From Camelus ferus (lineage: Eukaryota), in NCBI RefSeq assembly GCF_009834535.1, contig NC_045697.1:108316001-108380000 (forward strand): 64,000 nt of DNA. Direction: 5' to 3'. The translations under genes were made by a program, and so were the position numbers. Shown here piece after piece: positions 1 through 12,745 of the stretch. Each line of letters opens with the position of its first letter. The stretch's first letter is position 1. The notes under the pieces were generated by a model that saw only the letters and a list, made by a program, of their open reading frames with translations, ran no database searches and was not told the origin of the DNA.

Positions 1-1699
1 ACAGGGGCTTCTGGGCAACCATCTGAAGATGACTCTGTGGGACCTCAAGGTCACCTTAGAAGACAGTTTTGAACTGTGCTGTGGACTCAAAGGTTTGCAT
101 GATTATGGATTATTTTTAAGTCTGTGATCTTTCTGGTGAGACCTGCATCTGCCTTCTGGGCATGATCACAATTGCCTGGGCTTTGTTTGTTCCTGGGCAT
201 GAAGTGGGGCAGCCTCTCAGTAGACTCTGCACCCTGCACTCTGCCTGGCACACGTGGGATGGTCAGCGAACGTCTGTCAAGCAATGAAAGAATGACAGTC
301 ACTGCAAGAGAGAGTTCAGACACTCCCTCCTCGGAAATAAAAAACCAGGAAGTCAACTCCGAGCGTCTCCCTTATCCCAGGCACATTGGAACCATCAGCC
401 GGCTGAGTGCCAAGACCCTAGCTTAGAGAGGCTGCAGCGCCGCAGTAGCGCTGTGAGCTGCAGATGTGAGCAAGGCTCGGTGTGGGAAGCACACCTTGTT
501 TGTGGCTAAATAAGGTTGATATGGGCATTAGTACCAGTGTAGCTGGACGAGAGTCTTATTTGCAGGCCCAAATGCCCCAGACTTTTCTCATAGGCCAGAG
601 AGAGCAACCAGGTGGCCCCTAGTGTCCAGCCAAACCCCAGGAGGCTTGAAATCCAAACACACTGCCCAGGTGATCATTTATCTTTCAATGTTTTAAACAT
701 TGAACTTGGAGCCCTCAATCTGGTGCCTGCTACACATGACAGAGAAGGTCATCCCACCTTGGATACGGTGCACACGTGGAGGGCAACAATTAGGAAGGAA
801 GGAGGGAGCCGGAAGGAAAAGAGAATTGAATGGAAATTTAATCTAGCCAATATGCAAATCTGGTTTCTTCCATGAGGACCCCTGATTGAATAAGGACTTC
901 ATTGCAAGCCTTTTCAAGTTTTGCTGGTTTCTTTTTAGAGGACAAGCGTGCATTTGATTAGTTGCCCATTAAATCACAGGAAAGGGGCTTGGCTTGAGGG
1001 GGTGGGTAGGACAGTTAGAAGCTGGTAAAATGTGAATAGCTCCCCTTCTGAGGCTCACAGAGCTCTTTGGACTCCTTGTTCTCCTGTTGACAAATCCCAG
1101 TGTTGGAAAACAGTTTTAATTACTGAAATCTACATTGCCTGTGGGCTGGATGGATCCCACCAGCACTTGTAAAGCACCTCTTAGGCCGGACCTCGGGGAC
1201 ACAGCGGCCAGCGCCGTGGAGACAGACCCTCTACCCAAGGACCTCCCGGCCCAGAGGGGCGGTCTCGCATTTAGTAAGACAAGCGCGCTCAGCTGTGCGC
1301 AGGGACGACTCTAAGCGCATGTGACGGGCTCCTGACGCGGCCCAGGGTCGGGTCTGGGGAGGTGTGACGCAATCCAGACTCCTCATACCTTCCCCTCTTA
1401 GATTTCCCACAAAGATGTCAGCGCCATAGGCATTCTGCCCTTTCCAGCGAAGTCAGCCACGTGTCCCTCTATTCCGGTTATGCCGGTGGGAAGGAGCCAA
1501 TAGTGACTACTTGACAGGTATGAGGTTTCTCCTCGAGCCGAGTGTGTTATTACATCACGAAATCCCTGCGCACTGTATGTGCTTGATGGTGCGAGTTCCC
1601 TGACATCCCCTCACTTTCCGTTTCCTTGCTCCGCTGTCATTGCTGAGTGAGGTGGGATTGCTCCTTGTTCTTTTCATAAAAACCTGTAAGGTGTCTCGT

Positions 1700-1830
1700 G
1701 AAATTTCATTTATGCATTCATTCGTCAGTTCGTGCCCATCAGAAACTTCCAAGTTCCAGACACAGCGTGGGTGCCAGGGATGCACTCAGGGGAAAGGCAG
1801 GTGTGTGTCTGCTTCCTGGGGTTTATAGCA
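1700..1830 (-). mobile_element. L2 LINE 3' end fragment
   Basis: cattcattc...ccagacacagcgtgggtgccagggatgca...ctgcttcctggggtttatag resembles the antisense of the L2 3' terminus. Confidence 0.55.
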
Positions 1831-1889
1831 GCTCTCAACCTTGGCTGTGCACACTGATACCTAAGGAACTTTTTGGCGATTAGCACGCA

Positions 1890-2129
1890 CACGTTACTAT
1901 ATATAAAATAATAAATAACAAGGACCTACTGTATAGCACAGGGAACTATATTCAGTTTCTTATAATAACATATAATGGAAAAGAATCTGAAAAGAAAATA
2001 CATATGTATGTACCCATATAACGGAGTCACTTTGCTGTACACCTGAAACTAACATTGTCCATCAACTACTACTTCAATAATTTTTTTTATTTTTAAAAAT
2101 TAAAAAATAAAAATAAATAAAAATAAAAA
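1890..2129 (+). mobile_element. 5'-truncated L1 3' end (cetartiodactyl type) with A-rich tail
   Basis: acaaggacctactgtatagcacagggaactatattca...ctttgctgtacacctgaaactaac...cttcaataa then A-rich tail; same motif as the other young L1 ends in the window. Confidence 0.9.
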
Positions 2130-3094
2130 CACACATGCTCAGCCTGATCTTGAGAATTTGATAAGAAAAATACATCCCAAACGAGGAGACAGATCATCAC
2201 CCGCACCCATTGTAGGGGTGATGAGGCCCTGCTATCTAGCAGGGGTTGTGTGAGGGTCCAGCGGCTGATCCCCGAGAGCCGGGTCTGCAGGACCAGGGGG
2301 GTGGGGGAGGAGCCAGCAACATGAGGCACATTGTCCCAGCAGAAAGGCTCAGCAATGGAGAGGAACACGAGAAAGACGGCCACCTATGTGAAAAGTCTGT
2401 AGTATTTTTGCCTGATTATTATTCCATTTTGCCTAATTGCATTTTAAAATGCTCAGTGGGGGGAAAAAATGCCAAGTCTTTTAATAAATTAAAAGCAGGG
2501 CTGCTTTTTAACCTGTGGCAGGTTTCTGAAAAGTCCTGCTGAGGGCACGGTGCTCAGAGAAACATGGTCTTTGCAGATGAAGGTAATTAGTGAACACCTT
2601 CACCTCTGGAGTTGGGAGGGAGTATGCGGCACTTGGGTTGCTGGAGTAACCTCTTCCTGATCGGGAGGCAACCAGGCCTCACAAAGGATGCCCAAAAGAT
2701 TCAGACACTATTTTCTCTTGCAGCCAATCGGGAGGCAGAGTGTGTTCAGGCACTAAAGCTAGTGGGACCACGGGATGCAGCTTTTCTGGGCTCTGAGACT
2801 GAGAGATGGCGTCTGATGTTTCCTCTCTGACAGGCCATGATCAGGGACACTTGGATGGCCAGCGGAGCTGGCTTTGGGGCCAGATTTTGGAGCTGGGCAG
2901 CTGTCCCAGTTACCAATCTCCGAAGGGCACTGAAAGATCATGGGAATCCATCAGAAACGTGGAGCCAGTTAGCTGAGAACTCCACGCATGACTCCTGATA
3001 TAATTGGCAAAATGCAAGCTCCCGTCAAAGTGTAGCTTATCCTGAGTGAAACCTCAAATACACTCTTGAAAGGTGCAGAAAGGTTTGGTGCCTT

Positions 3095-3318
3095 TAGAGC
3101 CTGGAGTCTGGAGACAGCCTGCCTGGGTTCAAATCCTGATTCGGCTACTTACTCACATGTGACTTTAGGCAAGTTACTTCACCTCTCCGGGTTCCTCTTT
3201 CCTCATCTATAAAATGGGGATTGCAGTAGTACCAGTTTTGAGGATTAAGTGAGCACACGTGACACACCTAGAACCCAGCCTGGCACACAGCAGTCACTAT
3301 ATGAGGATTAGCTATTTC
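3095..3318 (+). mobile_element. MIR SINE
   Basis: gcctgggttcaaatcctg...gtgactttaggcaagttacttcacctctc...ttcctcatctataaaatggg MIR core and 3' arm. Confidence 0.9.
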
Positions 3319-4329
3319 TTATTTTTTGTAACGAGCTTGAGCAAGTTGCCTGATGCTTGTTGAGTCTGGACCTCTCGCTGAGACCAGCCAGCTGACTGTT
3401 TCCACAAGATGCAGCCTCTGCCAGCTGAAACTGTGAAAGTCAGTCCTGCATAAGGGGCATTTGTTATGTACAAGCAATTCATTTTACCCTCTTAAAGATG
3501 TAGACCCCATAGTAGGTTTCTAAAGAGATCATCTGATTTAGAAACTACAAAAGAAATCTGAACAAAGCCAAGCATTACTGAAAAGTATTGCCCATATGAA
3601 ATTCCCAGTCTACCAATACTCCCCTCCAAAGAAAAGCAAAAAACTGCCTCTTGAAAATGTTGAACATCTTTGTTACCATATCCCTGTATGTCTTACTTCT
3701 ATCTTAAGTGGACAAGCATCTAAACTCCCTTTAGTTAGACGTGCTGGAGAAATGGAGAAAGAAAAACCATCTCAAATAAGCCAAAATGTAATGTTGTGTT
3801 TCGTGTTTGTAATACATCCCTTACTTTGAGCTGAGAGGCATCTGAATTTTACTAATAAATCATCAGAATTTCTTTATCCCCAGTAATTGAATGTAGGACA
3901 AAAGTTAAGGACACACTTTGGAAGGTGCCAAAGTATCAACTTGCTGTAGCCTCATCTGTCAGCTGGCTCCCCGTCCCCCTGCCACCCCCAAGCAGAACTG
4001 GAGGCAGGGTCAAGGCCAGAGCCAGACCAAGAGCAGCTAGGAAAGCTTCCAACCTCAACTAGACTTATTTTAACCAGGACCAAGGCATAGGGCGGAATCT
4101 CAGCCTCAGACAAGGTGGGATGGAGAACAGTCAAGCCCTCGTTACAGTTCATCCTGAGATATTTCTATTTCCTTTTCAATTACAGTATCATGCATTTGCT
4201 TAAGCTCTCCTCTCTACTTGTGGAGATGGATACTTGTGGCTGACGAATCTGCCATGACACTGTTAGCGAGTAGTTAATTCTTCTACTTTATTTCAGTTTT
4301 GTTGGAAAATGCAGATTAATTTTATTTTT

Positions 4330-5270
4330 TTTTTTACTTTCAAGAATGTGCAAAATCCAGAACTGTATAAGTAAGACCAGAAAAATCACCTACAGTCTCA
4401 CAACCCAGAGGCAAGGATGCTTAATCATTTGGTATATATCTTTCCAGTCCTTTCTTCCTCCCTAGGAACACGTTTCTCTTTTCTGAACATATTTATTTAT
4501 GTACAGAGTTGGGATTGTACCACTTTCTGGTCAGATTCAGCCACTTAACCTCACACTGGGAGCATTTTTCGTTTCTGCACTGCATCATTTAGGGTACTCC
4601 AGGAAACAGGTTTCCCTCTAACCTCCTGAGGATGAGGGAAGGGACCAGGAGGGGTGCTGATCCAGACAGAGCACCTGGAAGAGGTCCCCTGCTCAGCCTG
4701 CAGGGTTGGAGTGGGGGGCACAGAACCAGAGAGGAGAGAGTGGGAGAGGGAGGGGAGATGTGCCCAACACCGTCTTAAGTAGAGAAGCAGACCAGGAGTC
4801 AAAAACCTGCCTGCTCACTCCTCCTGCTGTGTCTCCACCCCCACTGTCCCCGACCAGGACAAACCCAGAGGGAGGTCAAGGGCAGGAAACCTGAGTGATG
4901 CAGAGTGATCTGGAGGGTGAAAGGAAAACATCCATGATTCGCATCATCATATCTGCTCTAAGTACACTTTTAAAAACAGCTGCCTGGTATTCCTCTGTAA
5001 GAAAGTACCATAAATTATTTAACACAGTCCCTATGGATTCTCTCTGACTTTTTTTTTTTACCGTTATAACTAGCACTGCAGTAAACATCCTTATACATAC
5101 ACTTTTTTTGGCTGCGTCTCTGATTATTTTCTCAGGATAAACTCCCAGGGGGGGAATTACTGAGTCTGGGGAAATCTACATTTTTAAGGCTTTTGATATA
5201 TATTGCCAAATAGCCCTCCCTAAGGCTATTACACCAATTTAAGTGCCCACATGCAATGCATATAGAGTCC
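4330..5270 (-). mobile_element. Old L1 (L1ME-like) 3' region, interrupted by an LTR
   Basis: aaaaatcacctacagtctcacaacccagag and gtattcc...taccataaattatttaac...ttttaaggcttttgatatatattgccaaat are typical antisense L1ME 3' motifs. Confidence 0.65.
4580..4935 (-). mobile_element. ERVL solo LTR (LTR33/LTR41-like)
   Basis: ends caaacccagagggaggtcaagggcagg...gatgcag...gatctggagggtgaaaggaaaaca, resembling the reverse complement of the LTR33-family start; splits the L1ME. Confidence 0.45.
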
Positions 5271-6171
5271 TAATTTGGGGAGAACCTGCTAATTAATCTA
5301 TGATGCGGTGTCTAAAAGCACTGCCTTAGCCTGGAGACGTGGTAAGAGCTGCCTGGGTTGGAGGAGACCCTGGGAGGGAGAAGCAGCCCCACCGCGCCTG
5401 CCCTGGAGACCACGACTGTGAAAGGTCACACCTCTTGAGCAATGAAAACTGACCTGTTGTCAAGATAGGAGGAAGCATCTGAGTCAGTTCACTTGAGGGT
5501 CAACGGGGCATCTAACAAAGGGAAGTGAGGTGATGGCCGCTGCCTTGGAGTTTTGTTTCGTTTGACCTCATTTTCCTCTGGCCAGATGTATGGTAAACAA
5601 CAGTGGATGGTGATCGAAGGCTCTGTGTGGGGTTATCTCTTTGGGGAATAGTTCCACCCGGCCAAGAGAAGGTCATAGGCAGGACATGGTTGCAAATGAG
5701 ATGCCAGGGCCATTAGGACCTGAGGGCAAGAGAAGGAGGCTGGGGGGAGGAGGGTGAACCCAGAGCTGGGGCTGTGAACCTATGAAGCTCCTCTCCCAGA
5801 ATTACAGCCCCAATCTGCGTCCCTAATTTAATGAACGGGGCAAAAAGAAAGGACATGGGGAAGCAGGCAGGTCCCTCACTGTAGAAGCTCTGTGCTGGGT
5901 TCTGGTTTCCTTCTATTAAGGGAATTAACAAGTGCCTGAGGGACTACACGCCACCCTCCCCTTCAAGCATCACAGGAAGGGGTTTGATGTTCTAGGTAAA
6001 CAATATGCCGATAGTATTGTGAACGACGCTGCCTGTATTCCTTGACAGATAAATAACATGAATATTTGATGGGGTCACTTATAAATTCAGTACAAAGAAA
6101 CATTAGGTCAATTCCAAGGGGGCACAGACATATAGGTTTATAGTTTATTATCAATTGGGAAGAGTGGTAAA

Positions 6172-6320
6172 ATTAATAATAGCCAACGAGCGCACTCTGT
6201 GGCCATAGTGCTAAGGACCTTACAGACAATAAGTCATTTAATCCTCCGACATCCAGAGTTGACTAAAGCAACTTACCCGTTCCAGCCAGGTGACCTCGTC
6301 CTAGAGTCAGTCCTGACTGT
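6172..6320 (-). mobile_element. MIR fragment
   Basis: aataatagccaac...gtgctaaggaccttacagac...tcatttaatcctc. Confidence 0.55.
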
Positions 6321-6399
6321 CTCTTCTGATCTGCCTGCTCCCACTCCCCGCGGGAGGCACACTGGGAAGGGCTGCGATCAGACCGACTGCCAGTCAAAC

Positions 6400-6515
6400 A
6401 CTCGCTCCTTCTCTCATTCACTAACAAATATTTATGAGCCTCCAAATGTTCCTGAACAGTGGGCGCAGCAGTGACTAAAACAGACAGAATCCCAGCTCTC
6501 AGGAAGCTATGACAC
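6400..6515 (-). mobile_element. L2 3' end fragment
   Basis: tcattcactaacaaatatttatgagc...gcagtgactaaaacagacagaatcccagctctcaggaagct. Confidence 0.75.
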
Positions 6516-6524
6516 ATTTTCTTT

Positions 6525-6815
6525 TGGCTCAGGCTCTTTGTACTTGGAGTTCCCTTGACTAGAAGGCTTTTCTCCTGGGCATCCCACACGGCAGCTCTCT
6601 CACTGCATTCAGACCTCTGCTGGGCACTGCCTCCTCCAAGCAGCCTTCCCTGACCACACCATCTGAAACAGAGCCCATTCAACCTTCTGCTTCTCGTGGT
6701 ACTTTATTTTTCTCTTCTCTCTGTCTGATATACATACATAGGTGTATGTTTATGGATAAACATTTGTTTACTTGTTTATTCTCTCCTACTAAAAGGGTAA
6801 CATTCTGAGTTCCTG
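6525..6815 (+). mobile_element. L2 (L2a-like) 3' region
   Basis: tcaggctctttgtacttg...gccttccctgaccacaccatctgaaa...tttgtttacttgtttatt. Confidence 0.65.
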
Positions 6816-6889
6816 GCAGGAGGAGTGTTTCCCTCTCAGGTCCAGTGGAGTCCATTTCTGGGGTTCTGACTATCTCTTAGCTGTTCCAA

Positions 6890-7345
6890 TTTGTGCCAAG
6901 GTTTTTGATTTCAAGCAACAGAAATTCAGTCTTGACTAACTCGGGTGAAAAGCCAATTCACTGGGAGACAGAAAGGCTAGAGGGCCGAGGCAGGCCCATG
7001 AAACCTACAGAGAGCATGGGTGGCCGGGAAATGGGAACCAGAGCCAAGGTCATGATGGGAAGAGGCTGGGACACTGAGATTAGGTGTCACTCCCCTGGAC
7101 ACTCGATGCTGCCACCTCTAGGCTTTCAGTAACTGCCAATAATTTATAAACTGCACCCGTTTCTTTCTGCCTCTCCTGCAAGATTCAGTCTCCTGTGACT
7201 GACTGAGCCTGAGTCATCGGCTCAGCTCCGCTTCCCCCCACCCCAGCACTGGCTTTCATAGAGGGAGGCGGTACCTTGAGACCCTCTGAGATACACACGT
7301 GGGAGAATTCCTCCAGATTGAAAGAGGCACTGGCTGCGGCAAGGC
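6890..7345 (-). mobile_element. MaLR LTR (old MLT1J/K-like)
   Basis: caagcaacagaaattcagtcttgactaact is the antisense MLT1 3' end motif; remainder degenerate. Confidence 0.45.
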
Positions 7346-8449
7346 AGCCACTGTCCCTAAAGAGCTGCAGCGTGGGCCCGTGGAAGTGGCCTCATTCCCA
7401 GAACGGTGATGGAGATTCTCCAGCCTCCCCTGGGAACAAGCGAGTTATCCACGTGCCCCAAATTTGGACTTTGGAAGCTTCTCCTGGTCGGAGCTGGTCA
7501 AAACCAGGCTGTGTTTTTAAACCACACACAGGCAGATCTAGCAGCATCTTGGAGGCTGGGCCGACCCGGGGGTCGGGGAGGGCCATCTGGGGCGGTGGGG
7601 CTGGGCTGGTCCAGGGAGAGATTCCCATGGCAGGCGGGCGAGTTCCTGCCCTCCCCAAGCCAGGATGATCAGGCCTCCCTAGGGCACCATCGCATCACCT
7701 CTGAGGAGTTTTCTCTTTGGCAGCCTCTCCTGAGGAAAAATCAATGAACCTCAAGTCTGTCTTCAGAAAGAAAGACTATGTTTTCTTCTGAGGAACAGAA
7801 ACGGGCCTCTGGAAACTGACACACCTTTTTGCTTATTCTTCGTGCACCTCTACCGGGGTCCCGGAAAACAATGTTTCCTTGTCACCCCAGGCTGGTCCCT
7901 AGAAGCAGGCTCAGGAACAATCTGGAAGCTGCCAAGTTCACGCTCGGCCCTCTGGGTAAGCCAGGCTGGGCCCTGTTGGAGGAGGGCCTGGTTTCGGATG
8001 GAGGATGCTTCCGGACGCACAACCAACCTGCTGCTCCGCTCCGCCAGAGAGCACACACAGCAGGGTTTCTGACTTCAGAGGGAAGTCATATTACAAACAC
8101 CCACAGAGATCTCAGCACTGGGCTCCTCCAGAGTCCATCTCCTGGATCCCAGACAGGAGGCCCTTTCCCCATCCCCAAACGAGGTGCTCCGTCCTGTTTT
8201 TAAAAGCTCTCCAGGAAATACACTTGTGCCTACACTTCCTCAGCACCCACTCACCCTTCACCGGTTTCTGATCCGCCTTCCGCCCCACCTCCCTCTCCTC
8301 CCGATGGAGCCTCAGGGAGGACCCGGGAACCTCCTCCTCGGTAGCCTTGACCCAGTCCTGATCCTTGGCAGGTTCAGTATTTGACAGGAAATCTCTTGGC
8401 TTCTGGGAAAGGAACCTCTCCTCATTTCCCATCTTCATTATGTGCCCAC

Positions 8450-9420
8450 ATCCCCAGGGATCTGAGCTTAGCTACCTCTCCTCCTCTGGGGCTTCACCCG
8501 GCACCTCCATGCAGATGGTCCTCGCATCCAGTCTCTCCTGTCAACACCTGCAATGATACCATCTCCCCGACAGATGTCTCGCCTCCCCTGAATGTCGAAG
8601 TATCCCAGACTTAACTGGTCATTTGCTGCTCGAAATCTGTTCCTCCATCAGTACCCCCCTCTCAATGACACCCCTCCAGAATCTACTCTTCAATCTCAGT
8701 GTCACTTGTCTCTGAGACAAATGGCCTCACCTCCCAAATCCAACCAGTTGTCAGACTTCTCTTTGCCATGTCTCTTTCCAGAACCATCAAGTGCTTATTT
8801 TCACCTCCTTTCCAAACCTCCTCCATGATCCATTTCTACCCTCTCCCCACAATCTACATTTTGTGCATCTTCAAGGGTACTCTTCTTAAAGTGCAATCAA
8901 GAAGGCAGAATCTTATCACCCCCCTGCTCTAAAACCTTCCATGGCTCCCACTGCTGTTGCTGTATTTCTGCCTAACTCCTCAGCTGGGCATGACACGCTT
9001 CATAATTCAAGGCTGTCCAGAGCCACTTCTCATCACTTTCCCTTTAGCATACATTTTTGCTCTTTAACTCGATTTCCCACTCATCTCTGAATACTTTGTG
9101 CTTTCTGATCACTGGGCTTTTGTTCAAGCTGAACCTTTCCTTTTATTTGCATTCATCAAAATCCTACCTTTCCTTCCAGGCTCATCTCAAATGCCACTTC
9201 TTCCCTGAAGCCTCCCTTGGTTTCTCCGGCCAGAAAAGCTTTCCCTTCCCTGTGCTTCTTGGGTTCACTGTGTTTCTCTCACCACCCTCGTCACACATGC
9301 CCTCACATCACAGCATCTTGAGTACTTGCTTCATTACCCCGACTAGTGCCCCTCGAGGGGGTGGCTTTTGTCCTACCAGAAGAGTAATTTGCTCACAGTT
9401 GGTATTTGTGGAATTAAATC
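8450..9420 (+). mobile_element. L2 LINE fragment (~1 kb)
   Basis: atcaccccctgctctaaaaccttccatggctcccactgc; tcctacctttccttccaggctcatctcaaatgccacttcttccctgaagcctccct; ends gtatttgtggaattaaat. Confidence 0.75.
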
Positions 9421-10060
9421 ATCAGGCTAGATAACCATACACTTGTTGACTTTCCACTGTTTGAAAATACATGTCCAAAGTAGATTAGCACAGGGTCTAC
9501 ATCAAAGGCAGGAGTATGGAAATACGTTCCGCTCACATCCATGAGGGCAAATCAAAAAAAGCAGATCAAAACCTGGTTCTGAAGTGACTGGGACCATTGC
9601 TGGACAGACTTTAATTAATTTTATAGAAAATATTCAAAGGACTTAACAAGACTGGGAAAGGAGGAGGGGGCAGGGGAGAGGGAGCCAGAGCCTCTGCTGT
9701 CAAGAAACACTTTCTTCCTGTCACCGTGTCCCCCAGGGCCGGGCCTGTGCTTCTGCTTAATCTCCCTCTCTGTGGTCACTCAGGATATGATTACTGGCAT
9801 CAGATGCAAGCACATGTTTCTGTTCCATTAATCTGAGAGAGGCTGAGAGGCTGGAAAGGGAGCCACAAGGGCATTACTGTGTTGGTTAGTTACCACCTCA
9901 AAGAGGAGCACAGAGGGCGAGAGCAAGTATCCGGCAGATGGGCCAGGACGGAGGCCTGTCGGAAGCGAAGGGAGATGAGAAAACCACGCAGGGAACAAGT
10001 TCCTGTAGCTGGGAGTCCTATCCCTTTCAGCTGTTACACCATGGGGCCTGGAGGAGGGAC

Positions 10061-10162
10061 ATACACTCACACACACGCACGCACACATGCGCACACACTA
10101 ATACACGTGCATGCGCACACGTATGCATGCACATACATGCACATGAACACACACAGACACCC
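10061..10162. repeat. Degenerate (CA)n / alternating purine-pyrimidine tract
   Basis: acacacgcacgcacacatgcgcacacac...catgcacatacatgcacatg. Confidence 0.9.
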
Positions 10163-11743
10163 CCAAAGCAAGTGACAGACGCAGAGCTTCTGCACCTTAA
10201 GAGTCCTGGCGATCTGCCTGACACTCCTCGGTGAGCATTGTTGCTCAGGGTGCATGGGAACCCATAAATGTGTCGCACACACGGTAACAGCCTAAGTGGG
10301 AGCTACAGCACAGTGATGAAGACGTGAACAGCTGAAACGCCATGTCAGATGGCAGTGGTGACATCTGAAAGCCATAATTTGCAGCTCAGCATATTTTGTT
10401 CCAGGTACCAGAGCCGGCACAAACGCTCACCGGCTTGTCTTCGCCGCGCAGCATCTCTGCCCGGCTTGGCCGGGGGCCAGGTGATCTTTGCCTTGCCAAC
10501 AGGTTTCTGCTGGAGAAAGCTCGGCAAGCTTTTGCTCTGTCATCTGACCGGGAAGTGGAGGACCAGAGAGGCTTTAAACACGCACCTATTCCTGCAGTGT
10601 GCATTCTTCAAGGACCCCTTCCCCTCTGTCTCATCAAGCTGTCCCGGCCAGACATTTTGAAGGGTGGCTGGAAAGGGCCAAATTATTTTAGCCAGGTCAA
10701 GGCTTAGGGGCAGTTGGAAGGATTATCCGTTACAGAGACAGAAGCACCAGTTCAGGTCTTCAGCTGTGACTCTCCCTTCTTTCCATCTGCAACGGCTGCA
10801 TCTTTCTTACCCTCCTCATTGCCACTCTCCCAGAACCTCGGCAGCGCCAGTACGCAGTTTCTCAAGGGATAGGCCTTCAAACTGCAAGTCTCGCTTTCAG
10901 TTCTAGCTAGTTACCTGGCAGATAAATGGAATCAGCGCATGAGGAAAGGTTTATAAATGCAAAGGAAAAGGGGCTTTGGGGAGCAGGCAAGATTATGCTT
11001 AACCCCGAGGAAGCAGGGAAACTCAGTGTTGTGGGCAGACCGGCCTTTCCACTGCTCTACTCCTCCCTGCTCGCCCCCGCTCAGCAGCCCACGTGCATCT
11101 GTTGCCCGCGCTCCGATGGCCTTCCTGCCAGGCCCCGCGGAGTGGGCGGAGAGGATAAAGTGACTGTTAACAACAGGGGTCTTAACTCCTGGCCTGGGTC
11201 CCTGAAAGCACAGGCTGCAGAACAGTTTACGATGATCAAAACACACTTCTGGCAGCTTTGGGGCCCTTTCTCTTGCATTGAAAGTTTGCGTCAGGGATGC
11301 TGCTCTGAATCCCTCGTACCCAGGGTACCACGGGAGCAGGTGCGGAGGGAACTCAGCTCCCACCTGGCGCTGGTCAGAAGGCAACTTGCAGGCATTAGTG
11401 AGGGGAGCAGGGCTGGGCCCAGAACCCTGCCCACCCCTGAGAAGCCCGTCCAGTGTCTGCTCCACAGAGACGTTACCTGACCCTGAGCCCTTTGGATCCT
11501 AAACATTTTCCTACACAGAAAACAGCACACAATCTTCATCAGCTGTAGCCATGAGATTACTTGGGGAACTAGTTTGATTTTTCACTTTCTACTATAAACA
11601 TTTTAGATTTCTTTTAGATTTACATTTTATTGGGAAATAATTTATACATAGGGAATTCATCTTTTTTTTTTTAATGGCCCGCTCTATCAGTTTTAACAAA
11701 TGCATTGGGCCGTGTAACTGTCACCGCAATCAAGATAGAAAAT

Positions 11744-11836
11744 GGGGAGAGTATAATAAAGAGCTCAGTTGCAGGGCACATGCTTAGCATGCACAAGGTC
11801 CTGGGTTCAATCCCCAGTACCTCCTCTTAAAAAAAT
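11744..11836 (+). mobile_element. tRNA-derived SINE, camelid Vic-1-like
   Basis: ggggagagtata...agctcag...catgcttagcatgcacaaggtcctgggttcaatccccagtacctc with A tail; B-box ggttcaatcc; 11-bp TSD gatagaaaatg (11734-11744 and 11837-11847). Confidence 0.85.
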
Positions 11837-12625
11837 GATAGAAAATGTTCCCATCATCCCACAAAGTTCCCTCAGGCCCCTTCCTAGTCAACTCTGATGG
11901 GTCAACCCTGGCTCCTGACCACCACCGATCTGGTATATCTCCATAGTTTTGCCTTTTTCAGAATGTCATGGAGTTGGAATCACACAGTATGTAGCCTTTT
12001 GAATCTTCTTTCACTTAGCAGAATTCACTTCAGATAAATACGAGCTGCACATATCCGCAGCTTGTTCCTTTGTATCGCTGGGAAGTATTCCAGTGTGTGA
12101 ATGTACCACGGTTTATTTAGCTATTAAATAAATGTTGAAGGACATTGGGTTATTTCTAATTTTTTGGTGATTATTAATGAAGCTGCTATAAACATCCAAA
12201 TGCTGATTTTTGTGTGACCTCGAGTTTTTATTTTTCTCTGATTAATTCCTAGGGGTGAGATTGTTGGGCCCTGTAGTAAGTATATGTTCAACTTGACAGA
12301 AGCCACCAAACTGTTTTCCAAAATATCTGTACCATTTCACTCCTGTGAGGTGTGTGGAGAATTCCAGCTATTCCAGAGCATAACAGCACTTATCATTTTC
12401 AGATTTTCTTTTCTTTCAGCCGTTCTAATAGATATCTAATAGATAGTTGTAGCTTACTATGATTTTAATTTGCATTTCCATGATTACCAACAATATTGTG
12501 TATCTTTTTACATGCTTATTGGCCATCAAATAGCTTCTTTGGTGACATGTCTATTAAACTTTTTGCTCACATTTTATGAAGTTGTTTGTGTTCCTACAAT
12601 TGTGTTGTGAGAATTCTGTATATTC

Positions 12626-12745
12626 CTTTTTTGATTGAGATATAATTGACATAGAACATTATATTAGTTTCAGGTGCACAATGTAATGATCTGATATATG
12701 TATATAACGTGAAACAGTAACGGCAAGAAGTCTAGTTGACATCTA
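12626..12745 (-). mobile_element. Short L1 3' end nested inside the long L1
   Basis: ttgattgagatataattgacatagaacattatattagtttcaggtgcacaa...ctagttgacatc interrupts the colinear older L1 sequence. Confidence 0.75.

Noticed and set aside
10926..11480. Longest ORFs (184 aa on +, 177 aa on -)
   Set aside because: No recognisable domain; overlapping ORFs on both strands of GC-rich DNA are expected by chance
11744..11836. tRNA gene
   Set aside because: A tail, TSD, disrupted A-box region and non-tRNA 3' end show it is a SINE
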